Positions 55,590 through 64,000 of a stretch of DNA of 64,000 nucleotides are shown here, one piece after another. The stretch covers positions 11,671 to 75,670 of the forward strand of contig VBBN01000035.1 of NCBI GenBank assembly GCA_005888735.1. Reading direction: 5' to 3'. Under the pieces are notes generated by a model that was not told where the DNA came from, searched no databases, and saw nothing but the letters and a program-made list of their open reading frames with translations. Position numbers and translations under genes: made by a program. This DNA is from Candidatus Bathyarchaeota archaeon (GTDB taxonomy: Archaea; Thermoproteota; Bathyarchaeia; 40CM-2-53-6). Position 1 is the stretch's first letter; each line of letters begins with the position of its first letter.

Positions 55590-56939
55590 TTGCAGAAGCA
55601 GACGAAATATCCGCATATCGCCGTTACGCCTCCAGGTCCCAAGGCTCGAGAGGTTGTCAAGGAGGACCATGCTCTAATATCTAGGTCACTCGTCCGGTTC
55701 TATCCGTTGGTGGCCGAGTCCGGCCAAGGCAGTATTGTCCGTGATGTTGATGGTAATGAATTTATCGATTTCAACTCCGGCCTAGTGTGCTTGGCAGTGG
55801 GCCATTCCCACCCGAAGGTTGTCAGCGCTATCAAGGCGCAAGCTGACAAGTTCACCCACTATTCGTACACTGACTTTTACTACGAAAAGGTGGTTCAGCT
55901 GTCGGAGCAGCTGGTCAAGATAACACCGGGCAATTTCCAGAAGAAAGTGTTCCTAAGCAACAGCGGAACGGAGGCGATCGAGGCCGCCATGAAGCTGGCC
56001 AAGTGGCATACGAGGAGACACGCGTTTATCTCGTTCATCGGCGCATTTCACGGTAGAACCCTCGGCTCGCTCAGTCTCACCGCGAGCAAGCCGGCCCAGC
56101 GGCGCCATTTCTTCCCGATGGTCCCTGGCGACACGCATGTTCCCTTCGCCTATTGCTACCGTTGTCCGTTCAAGCTCTCCTACCCTGAATGCGGAATGTA
56201 CTGTGTCGATTTCATCCAGGAACAGGTCCTAGACACGTTTCTTCCGCCGGAGGATGTAGCTGCGCTTGTCACCGAGCCTATTCAAGGAGAAGGAGGATAC
56301 GTTGTTCCTCCTGACGATTACTTTCCACGTCTGAAGAAGCTCCTCGACAAGAACGACATTATGCTGATCGACGACGAGGTCCAAGCTGGCATGGGGCGGA
56401 CGGGACGCTGGTTTGGAATCGAGCACTGGGGAATAGAACCCGACATTGTAACCACGTCGAAAGCGCTCGCGTCCGGCCTCCCAATAGGGGCAACAGTCGC
56501 CAAATCCGAGATCATGGACTGGGATGGGGGGTCCCATGCAAACACATTCGGAGGAAACCCGTTATCTTGCGCGGCAGGAATAGAAGTCATCAACGCGATT
56601 CGCGACGAGCACCTACTGGAGAACGCTACCAGAGAGGGCAATCATATGATAAAACGTTTGAAGGAGATGCAAGAAAAGTACCCAATCATTGGCGATGTTC
56701 GGGGAAAGGGCTTGATGATCGGGGCGGAGATTGTCAAGGATCCTAAGACGAAGGAGTTTGGCGAGGAAGAAGCGAAGGAGATCATGATGAAGTCGTTCAG
56801 AAGAGGCCTCGCCCTGATCACATGCGGACACTCCACCCTGCGGATCGCCCCACCACTAATCATTACTCGCGACCTAGTGGACTCTGGCCTGGACATTCTA
56901 GAGGGCGCGGTCAAAGAGGTTTCCCAGTCCGCCAAGTAG
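55590..56939 (+). CDS. class-III pyridoxal-phosphate-dependent aminotransferase (GabT/ArgD-like)
   Basis: DDEVQAGMGRTGRWFG, PLP-lysine TTSKALASGLP, 449 aa. Confidence 0.85.
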   Translation: MQKQTKYPHIAVTPPGPKAREVVKEDHALISRSLVRFYPLVAESGQGSIVRDVDGNEFIDFNSGLVCLAVGHSHPKVVSAIKAQADKFTHYSYTDFYYEKVVQLSEQLVKITPGNFQKKVFLSNSGTEAIEAAMKLAKWHTRRHAFISFIGAFHGRTLGSLSLTASKPAQRRHFFPMVPGDTHVPFAYCYRCPFKLSYPECGMYCVDFIQEQVLDTFLPPEDVAALVTEPIQGEGGYVVPPDDYFPRLKKLLDKNDIMLIDDEVQAGMGRTGRWFGIEHWGIEPDIVTTSKALASGLPIGATVAKSEIMDWDGGSHANTFGGNPLSCAAGIEVINAIRDEHLLENATREGNHMIKRLKEMQEKYPIIGDVRGKGLMIGAEIVKDPKTKEFGEEEAKEIMMKSFRRGLALITCGHSTLRIAPPLIITRDLVDSGLDILEGAVKEVSQSAK

Positions 56940-57343
56940 CCGTTTGCCCAGTCGCTAGGCGCATTGAAAGTTCGAGAGGAGACAGAGCACTGGAGGGCAC
57001 GGTCGCTCATCTCTATAGGCATCCGCCCCTCTCCCCGGTCATACTGCCTGCTCTTTGAATGCGAGGCTCATCTCATCGAGGAGTCGCAAAGCATCATTTT
57101 CTTGCCCTCGGAATAATGGCACGAGTGGGCTAGCGAGGGTTCACTCGGGACGAAGCACAGCCATTTCCCATCAAACTGTTCAATTTGTGAAACAGAGTTC
57201 CGGTCGAACAACTGGGATGAAGACTCGCCCCGCCATCAGAGCTCGTGGCCGGGTTCAGCCTTACCGCACCCTGGTTTGAACGTCGGCTCCTGCATATGTT
57301 TATCTTGGAAGCCTAAAGAGGCGCTCTCACAAGTCTGGTTGAT

Positions 57344-59002
57344 ATGTCGGAAGTACCTATTCTGATTCTAAAAGAGGGCACTTCCCGTTCAAGGGGAAGA
57401 AACGCTCAGAGAAGCAACATAATGGCCGCTAAGGTCCTTGCAGAAACCGTCCGGTCGACAATCGGTCCACGGGGAATGGACAAGATGCTCGTCGCAGGCA
57501 TGGGGGATATTGTCATTACAAACGATGGTGCAACCATCATGAAGGAGATGGACGTTCAGAATCCAGCAGCAAAGATGCTGGTCGAGGTCGCCAAGACCCA
57601 AGACAGCGAAGTGGGAGACGGGACAACCACCTCAGTCGTCCTTGCAGGCGAACTGCTGGCGGGTGCAGAGTCCCTCCTCGACAGAGACGTTCATCCTAAC
57701 GTCATCATCAGCGGATATCAGGACGCCGCCCAGAAAGCCTTGGAAATCCTCCACAAGATAGCGGTCGATATCAAACCCAGCGACGAAGGACAACTGAAGC
57801 AGATTGCACTTACTTCGCTCAACACCAAGGGAATCTTCGGCTCGCAGAAACACTTCGCGGAACTAGCTGTCGAAGCAATACAACACGTAATGGAAAAGCG
57901 TGGCACTACGATAAAGGCGGACATCGATCTTGTCAAAGTAATGAAAAAAAACGGCCAGAGCCTCGAAGAATCAGAGCTGGTGAATGGAATAATCATCGAC
58001 AAGGAGGTCTCTCACTCGCAAATGCCGAAGAGCGTCACTGACGCCCGAATAGCCCTACTTAACGCCAAACTGGAGATTGAGAAAACGGAGATGGACGCCA
58101 AGATTAACATCAACAAGCCGGAAGAGATGCTCGCGTTCATCCACGAAGAGGAGAACATGCTCAAAGACATGGTGGAGCAAGTAGCCAAAACCGGTGCCAA
58201 CGTACTCTTCACGGAGAAAGGAATTGATGACCAAGCACTTGCGATTCTCGCCAAGAAAGGAATCCTCACGGTGAAAAACGTCAGCAGCAACGACATGGAA
58301 AAACTAGCAAAGGCAACAGGGGGCTCGGTGGTCGGAACCACTAAGGACCTCTCCAAAACAGCCCTGGGCCAGGCAAAGCTTGTCGAAGAAATGAGAATTG
58401 GAGATGACAAGCTGGTCTACGTTCGAGAGGGGAAGAACCCCAAAGCGGTTACGATCATGATTCGCGGCGGCTCCGAACACGTCGTTGACGAAGCTGAACG
58501 GTCACTCCACGATGCACTTTGCGTCGTCAGGAACGCTGTCGAGGACGGAAAGATTCTCGCCGGCGGGGGTGCGCCGGAAGCTGAACTGGCACAACGGTTG
58601 AAGGACTACGCAGTCAAGGTTGGCGGCAGAGAACAACTCGCCGTAACAGCCTTTGCGGAGGCGCTTGAAGCTGTTCCTGTTGCCATAGCCCAAAACGCGG
58701 GCTTCGATCCAATCGATGTCATGGTCGAACTAAGAGCCAAACACAATACGGCGGCTAACCTGTGGTACGGAGTGAACGTGTCGACAGGGAAGGCGTCTGA
58801 CATGTGGAAGATGAACGTGATTGAGCCTCTTCGAGTGAAAACCCAAGTGATCAAATCAGCGATAGAGGCGGTCACAATGCTCCTGAGGGTTGACGACGTC
58901 ATCGCTTCAAAGGCGCCTCCGGCTGGAGGTTCAGGCGGTCCTCCTGGAATGCCACCGGGCATGCCACCGGGCGGCATGGGTGGCATGGGCATGGGAATGT
59001 AA
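57344..59002 (+). CDS. ths: thermosome subunit (group II chaperonin)
   Basis: GPRGMDKML, equatorial ATP-binding blocks, C-terminal GGMGGMGMGM tail. 552 aa. Confidence 0.95.
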   Translation: MSEVPILILKEGTSRSRGRNAQRSNIMAAKVLAETVRSTIGPRGMDKMLVAGMGDIVITNDGATIMKEMDVQNPAAKMLVEVAKTQDSEVGDGTTTSVVLAGELLAGAESLLDRDVHPNVIISGYQDAAQKALEILHKIAVDIKPSDEGQLKQIALTSLNTKGIFGSQKHFAELAVEAIQHVMEKRGTTIKADIDLVKVMKKNGQSLEESELVNGIIIDKEVSHSQMPKSVTDARIALLNAKLEIEKTEMDAKININKPEEMLAFIHEEENMLKDMVEQVAKTGANVLFTEKGIDDQALAILAKKGILTVKNVSSNDMEKLAKATGGSVVGTTKDLSKTALGQAKLVEEMRIGDDKLVYVREGKNPKAVTIMIRGGSEHVVDEAERSLHDALCVVRNAVEDGKILAGGGAPEAELAQRLKDYAVKVGGREQLAVTAFAEALEAVPVAIAQNAGFDPIDVMVELRAKHNTAANLWYGVNVSTGKASDMWKMNVIEPLRVKTQVIKSAIEAVTMLLRVDDVIASKAPPAGGSGGPPGMPPGMPPGGMGGMGMGM

Positions 59003-59092
59003 AAGCTCGCTTCTCACCTAGGACGGCGTAGCGCCAACCGGAGATTTAGACTCCTGATTTGAGCTGAGACGACTAGGCATCTTTTTGAACCC

Positions 59093-59374
59093 GTGAGACC
59101 AAATTGTTCAAGGAGGGCACAGTTGCAGGTCTTCCTCGTAGTCACGGTGCCAGCCAGAGGCGGTCTCTTGATTCCTGTGTACGGCTCCTCCTTAGTTCCA
59201 CAGTTTCCGGATCCAGCATCGTCCAACGATACATGTCCAACTTGTAGAACTCAAGTACTCGCCGACTGGAGGTTCTGCTCGCAGTGTGGAAACCGTCTTC
59301 GCTGCTCAAATTGTGCAACGCCTGTCTCGAAGGATGGCAAATTCTGCCCTGAATGCGGGAACCCTACAAACTAA
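59093..59374 (+). CDS. double zinc-ribbon domain protein (putative; start uncertain)
   Basis: CPTC...CSQCG...CSNC...CPECG, i.e. four CxxC pairs. Confidence 0.35.
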   Translation: MRPNCSRRAQLQVFLVVTVPARGGLLIPVYGSSLVPQFPDPASSNDTCPTCRTQVLADWRFCSQCGNRLRCSNCATPVSKDGKFCPECGNPTN

Positions 59375-59476
59375 AGCCATGAGAACGAAACTGATTCTAG
59401 ATACCTAGAAGGTGGTCGAGGGAGACTCCACTCCCTAAGAGAGCCAATGCCAGCGCCGCCAGGAATAGTGTAACAT

Positions 59477-59728
59477 CTAGTTCGTATCCCCCCGGTACTT
59501 CTTCTTCAACTTCGACCTAGCGAACCACGTCGTGGAAAGCATCCACAACGCACTCAACACCGCGAGAACTGGGGTCAGTAATCCTATCACCAGCCCGAGA
59601 CTACCGAAAAATTCGGTAACTCCCCCAAACAAAATCATACCCGCTGGTATTCCTTGGCTCTTCATCCATTGCTCGCCCATTCCTCGCTGGGAGGTTAGCT
59701 TCGACAACCGTGGGCAATAAAGAGGCAA
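59477..59728 (-). CDS. DoxX-like membrane protein fragment (two TM helices)
   Basis: GMILFGGVTEFFGSLGLVIGLLTPVLAVLSALWML resembles the C-terminal half of DoxX. Confidence 0.3.
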   Translation of the reverse strand: MPLYCPRLSKLTSQRGMGEQWMKSQGIPAGMILFGGVTEFFGSLGLVIGLLTPVLAVLSALWMLSTTWFARSKLKKKYRGDTN

Positions 59729-60154
59729 CCGACAGCTAGGCGTAGGATTAGAGAAGCGAGGCCCGTGTAAACACCAAACAATGACTGAATCGAACCCGCA
59801 CCAATCCCTCTAAGGCTCCTAGAAGGCTCATTTGTTTAGGCCCATTGCCTAGAGCCCAGAAGCGGACGCCGATCAGGCTCCGTGAACAGTCGTTGTGGTT
59901 CCGGAAGCGTCTCTATTGAGGGAGCCTCTATCGCATGCATTTCTATCATGGCACGTGATTACCTCGGTCCATGCTATAAAGTTAGTAGTTAGATACTACT
60001 AAGTAGGTAAATGAGATGTGACCAAGTCAAACCCACTTTATCGACGTGCGCTTTCTAAGGCCCACCCGGTCAATCCTATTAGTTGCAAGCCGGGCAGCAT
60101 AAGACGTGTGGGATTCTCTTGAGCGCGTCTGAGAAACCGGAGGGTGTCCGTTGG

Positions 60155-60421
60155 ATGGCAATCTTTGGAATCATCGTTCGAACTGCTTACGTGGTCGGTG
60201 TTCTCTATTATGTTGCGTTCACAGCCTCGGGCTTCGATGTTTTCCAAAAACTCGTCGTACTCATCATCGCTGCCATCATTTACGGAGCCGCTAGCGCGAT
60301 CATCCACGTTGCTTGGCCGGGGAGGCGGCGAAGAGCGTGGAGCTGGCTTTGGAAAAGGTCCAAGCTCGGGAACCATCTGGATTGGACCGGGTTGCCTTTG
60401 CTATCTTCAATCTCAAACTGA
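60155..60421 (+). CDS. small two-TM membrane protein (hypothetical)
   Basis: MAIFGIIVRTAYVVGVLYYVAF...LVVLIIAAIIYGAASAIIHV. The listed ORF starts at 60083; the internal ATG at 60155 is preferred. Confidence 0.25.
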   Translation: MAIFGIIVRTAYVVGVLYYVAFTASGFDVFQKLVVLIIAAIIYGAASAIIHVAWPGRRRRAWSWLWKRSKLGNHLDWTGLPLLSSISN

Positions 60422-60528
60422 ACCTCGCCTTCTATTACGGTGTCCGAAACTCGCATTCGGAGAATGACAGACGACGAGCTTTCAAGACACAGGGGACTGT
60501 CAACGATTTCTTAACTTCGGCGCTGGAA

Positions 60529-60975
60529 TCAGCCTTGGCCCTCAACGGGCCGCTTCGAGTCTAGGATGGCGCAGAGTTCCTCCTCGACAGTTCCGAACTT
60601 TTGAGGAGTTTCGATGAACCGTCCGACCTCTTTCCAGTTCCGGTCATATACAATTATGGTTGGAATCGCCCGTACCCTGAACTCATCAGCCATGTCACGG
60701 TAATTGTCATAGTCGACGACTCTAGCTGCCAGCATGTCGTTCTTCGCCGCCATCAACGACTTTGCAAGCCCTGGAACGTAGGCGACACAATCAGCACACC
60801 AGTCTGCGGAGAACACGATCAAGTAGTGCTTCTGGTCCACCCGTTCCAGCTTGTCAATAGACGCCTGGTTCGGCATGTATTCCTGGAACCGTTTCTTCAT
60901 TCCATGCCGCGACTTTTCCAGCCTAACACCGTTGATGTAGTCGAAAGGGTCCTTGCCAACCCTGTGCGCCATCAA
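60529..60975 (-). CDS. thioredoxin-fold protein (WCxxC)
   Basis: LIVFSADWCADCVAYVP and IPTIIVYD match the thioredoxin-like pattern. Confidence 0.6.
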   Translation of the reverse strand: MMAHRVGKDPFDYINGVRLEKSRHGMKKRFQEYMPNQASIDKLERVDQKHYLIVFSADWCADCVAYVPGLAKSLMAAKNDMLAARVVDYDNYRDMADEFRVRAIPTIIVYDRNWKEVGRFIETPQKFGTVEEELCAILDSKRPVEGQG

Positions 60976-60999
60976 GGCTTCTTCAACGCTTCGAGAATT

Positions 61000-62136
61000 C
61001 TACTTCTTCACTGTCTGCGAGAGAAAAACTGTCGAGGCTTCCAGTTCATCCATAAACCCGCGACGTATTCTTACACCGGCCACTTCTACCAAGTCTCCAA
61101 GTCTGACACTGTCTGCGAACTCCGCGTGTTTGTCCCAGAGAGACACTCGAATTCTGCCGCTGCTATCCTCAATTCTGATATTTGAGACTCTCGCTTTTCG
61201 CCCCTCCCGGGTCTCAATCTCCCTAGCATCAGATCGTTCGACGACCTTTCCACATATGATTCGCAGCACGGGCTCCAGATTCAACGATCCGATGCGAGCC
61301 GGGGTAGGCGAGCTAGTAGCGGGCTGGTCACTTCGAGTGACTCTGGATGTCCGGCCGACGTTCACATAGAGCAAGCCGTTCCTCTCGGCCGCGTAGGCTC
61401 CCTCAACGAGGACATTCTCTCCTTCGCCTATAGCAAGCGCCACTTCACCTGTATCATCCCAGAATTTCACGATGACCAGACCCGTGTCGTCTTCACAGAG
61501 TGCTTGGACGGGGCCTTTCTCGGTTCTACCTTTCAGAAGCTTTCTGATCCTGAGCCTAATAGACGGCACAGGTCCCAACGCCTTGGGCAGGCTAGCCACC
61601 CGAGCCTGCCACGTCGGCCTGCCAATCGCAGTTGGACCATGGAGAACCTGAATACTGCTCCTCGACCCAAGATGGAACTCGGTCTCGCCCCCTCTCCCAT
61701 ACTTGGTGTAGCCATGCTCAAACCTGACGCGGGAACCAGTCGAAACCCCTTGCTGGGCAAAAAACACACCAACGTCGTCCCACATGACACAACTTACCCG
61801 CCCGGAACCGTCCTCCAGCCGCACCCTCAAAACCCTCCCGACTGACCCGTCCTGCCGATTGAATTCAGAAAGTTCACCAATAGACACTACCTCCCCGCCG
61901 ATTGAGGCATCCATAAGCCCAGCTTGCAAGCTAGCAATCCGCTGGTCTCCGACCCCAACGACTGGAATCGACACGGTCGAGAGTTGTTGTGCTAGTAGGC
62001 GAATCGCTCCCTCATCCGAGAGCAACCCGTGAGATTCTTGTTTCTTCTTCTCGACCAGAGTCAGCAACTCCTGGGGTTGAATATTCGGGTTTTGTGAGAG
62101 AATGAGATTCAACAAGTCCCTGAACTGGTCGTTCAT
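61000..62136 (-). CDS. RPA-like single-stranded DNA-binding protein with three OB-folds and an N-terminal helical domain
   Basis: Three repeats of the OB pattern (GRVLRVRLEDGSGRVSCVMWDD; CEDDTGLVIVKFWDD; ARVSNIRIEDSSGRIRVSLWDK). Confidence 0.5.
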   Translation of the reverse strand: MNDQFRDLLNLILSQNPNIQPQELLTLVEKKKQESHGLLSDEGAIRLLAQQLSTVSIPVVGVGDQRIASLQAGLMDASIGGEVVSIGELSEFNRQDGSVGRVLRVRLEDGSGRVSCVMWDDVGVFFAQQGVSTGSRVRFEHGYTKYGRGGETEFHLGSRSSIQVLHGPTAIGRPTWQARVASLPKALGPVPSIRLRIRKLLKGRTEKGPVQALCEDDTGLVIVKFWDDTGEVALAIGEGENVLVEGAYAAERNGLLYVNVGRTSRVTRSDQPATSSPTPARIGSLNLEPVLRIICGKVVERSDAREIETREGRKARVSNIRIEDSSGRIRVSLWDKHAEFADSVRLGDLVEVAGVRIRRGFMDELEASTVFLSQTVKK

Positions 62137-62137
62137 G

Positions 62138-64000
62138 CTAGTCCCAGAACATTCGTGTACGCTCGAACGCTCGCTCAGCTTTCAGAACATCTAGATATAA
62201 GTCATCTTCTCTGACATGTCGACCCCGTAGGATCCTCGCAGCAGTGGTTGGTCCTACACCTCGCCCGGCTAAGACGATACCCGCTTTCCTTCCGTAGTTC
62301 TGTATGAGCCCGGCGGCTCGCCAAGCCGTCATCCATTCCTTTTCCTCTTCCTCGGTCAACTTCTTCCCACGCTTTTTCTTGGAAATCGTCGACGCTAGGC
62401 TGTCGTGGCTCAAGTATGTTGCGGCAACTAGAGACGACCGGCATTTCGGGCAACGGATCTGGTCGCGTAGCGTCTCAACAGTACGAATACTGTCCCACTC
62501 TCCGCAGTTCAGGCAAAGAAGTCGTTGCTTAACGTGTAAAAGGCGGGTCTTCACCACCTCGACAATCGACGCCTCTTCTACTGCTGGGCGAAGCAATCCA
62601 TGCGGAACAATGCGGTCCAGCAGAGGAACAGCAAAGGGAGTACACTCTCCGACGTCCTGGACAACGTCCAACTCCACTTCGTTGTCGTGGATCATTTCGA
62701 GTACGTGCTTCGCCCCTTCAACGTCTAACTTCTCGGCGAACAACTCTCTCCTCGTTTCGGCATTTGCAACTGAACCCTTGAAAATGTCGACGAGTTGCCG
62801 TGCTCCTCGTGCTTTGTACTCGGCCTCCCTGCTCACAACTCCCAATCGCCGGAGCACGTGCCAATGTCTCCAGGCGAAGAGGTCGGATGACTCCATAGTA
62901 TCCTGAATAATCCTCCCCAACTCATCACTGGTCAACCGGTCAATTTCCCCAGCCACCACAGCAGCACTTATCGGGTGGGGAAAGATGAGGGCAAACCGGT
63001 ACTGGTCCACTTGCGTCGCAATGTTCGCCCCAAGGCTCGATCCGAATATTGAAGCGAGAACGGTCACCAGCGTCTCGTTTACAAGGTTTCCAAAACATGA
63101 GTGAACGACAACACTGTTCTCGAATCCCTCGACCAATACCCGCTTATCGGAAGGAAGGCCCGCGTGCTTCTCGTGTGACCTAATCGTCGCCCTCGCCCGT
63201 TCCACCTCCTCAGACTCCAGCTCGGCCACCTCACCGTTTTCCCTGACCGTCCTCCTGAGCCGACCAACCTCGGATGCAACATCCATCTGAACAGGTATCA
63301 TGTCTCCCTCCCACCCTGGGATGGCGGTTAGGCTCGGAGGAGCGGGTTCAACCTCAACGTGCAGCTTCTCCTCGTCAACGGAGAGAACTTTCCAAGTCTG
63401 TCCATGAAGGATGAACTCAGCACCGCTGGCCAATCTCCTCGCGACAAAATCCTGGTCTAGGCTGCCAATCCTCCGTTTTCGAAAGAAGTCAAACACGCTA
63501 TACCGCTGAACATCTGGGATTACGGAGAGATTGCGGAAATAATACTGAATCGCATAGGGGTTGCGTGGCGAATAGCTTTCTCCCAGTTTCCTGACAAACC
63601 GTAGATCCTCCAATTGTCGGACCACACGTTCGAGTTCCTTCGCATCAGTCTCTCGGAAAGGATAGGAGCGACGGAAGATTTGGAGCATCTCGTCAAGGCT
63701 GACCCGTCGTTTCTGGAGCAGAAGACCAACAATTTGATGGGCTAGAACATCCCAAGCTTTCTCGTGGATAATCGGACGTTCAAGTCTACCTTCTCTAGCT
63801 CTTCTCACGAGAATCACGGATTCTAGTATGTCATCTGTTCCGATCGTCAACACCGTCCCTCGAGATGTTCCCCCTAGGGTATGGCCGCTTCGGCCCATTC
63901 TTTGAACCAGTCGTGTCGTTTCTCGGGGAGAGGTGAACTGAACAATGTAGTCAACACTACCAATGTCGATCCCCAGCTCCAATGAACTGGTGCATATCAG
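62138..64000 (-). CDS. lhr: Lhr-family ATP-dependent helicase, C-terminal portion (5' end lies beyond the window)
   Basis: Helicase motif VI QRMGRSGH followed by the long Lhr-type C-terminal domains, including a CxxC...CxxC zinc site. The ORF is open to the window edge. Confidence 0.75.
   Translation of the reverse strand: MICTSSLELGIDIGSVDYIVQFTSPRETTRLVQRMGRSGHTLGGTSRGTVLTIGTDDILESVILVRRAREGRLERPIIHEKAWDVLAHQIVGLLLQKRRVSLDEMLQIFRRSYPFRETDAKELERVVRQLEDLRFVRKLGESYSPRNPYAIQYYFRNLSVIPDVQRYSVFDFFRKRRIGSLDQDFVARRLASGAEFILHGQTWKVLSVDEEKLHVEVEPAPPSLTAIPGWEGDMIPVQMDVASEVGRLRRTVRENGEVAELESEEVERARATIRSHEKHAGLPSDKRVLVEGFENSVVVHSCFGNLVNETLVTVLASIFGSSLGANIATQVDQYRFALIFPHPISAAVVAGEIDRLTSDELGRIIQDTMESSDLFAWRHWHVLRRLGVVSREAEYKARGARQLVDIFKGSVANAETRRELFAEKLDVEGAKHVLEMIHDNEVELDVVQDVGECTPFAVPLLDRIVPHGLLRPAVEEASIVEVVKTRLLHVKQRLLCLNCGEWDSIRTVETLRDQIRCPKCRSSLVAATYLSHDSLASTISKKKRGKKLTEEEEKEWMTAWRAAGLIQNYGRKAGIVLAGRGVGPTTAARILRGRHVREDDLYLDVLKAERAFERTRMFWD

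Noticed and set aside
1-64000. CRISPR arrays, rRNA genes, transposases or integrases
   Set aside because: There are no direct repeat-spacer periodicity, no rRNA-like conserved blocks, and no DDE or tyrosine-recombinase motifs in any frame that I could recognise.

Overview
This is a gene-dense archaeal chromosomal segment of about 55% GC, coding on both strands with short or overlapping intergenic gaps. Archaeal hallmarks include thermosome, Alba, RadA, Sec61beta/SecG, an Sm-like protein, a family-B DNA polymerase and a ThyX-type thymidylate synthase. There are no rRNA genes, CRISPR arrays, transposases or integrases. I found no convincing tRNA, but that was by eye only.

Most genes are ordinary housekeeping or metabolism. 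They include an FMN 2-hydroxyacid dehydrogenase, a fused OtsA-OtsB trehalose-6-P synthase/phosphatase beside a GH15 trehalase-like hydrolase, TldD/PmbA, glycerate 2-kinase with a 2-hydroxyacid (hydroxypyruvate) reductase, and Amt. The window also carries serine hydroxymethyltransferase, a class-III aminotransferase, a PQQ-type sugar dehydrogenase, an M3-like peptidase, DtxR and PadR regulators, and three ABC systems.

The most unusual structure is a two-gene cassette present twice, about 46 kb apart. Each copy encodes a signal-peptide, N-glycosylation-sequon-rich, single-pass surface protein whose short cytoplasmic tail is conserved between copies. A tightly coupled ParA/MinD-like deviant-Walker-A ATPase follows each one, and a V4R-domain protein follows the second copy. 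I could not match this arrangement to a described system.

Other notable points:
- RadA is followed by a zinc-ribbon RecA-fold paralog that has lost its Walker A motif.
- A truncated ThyX-like domain gene is translationally coupled to an intact thyX.
- An inactivated family-B polymerase is interrupted by one in-frame TAG.
- pmbA is interrupted by one in-frame TGA, at the position of a conserved glycine.
- An alpha/beta hydrolase is frameshifted.
- Two genes have conserved N-termini with no canonical start codon.
- A Sec61beta gene of 45 aa is missing from the ORF track.

The number of disrupted genes suggests either assembly or consensus errors or real gene decay. This should be checked against reads.
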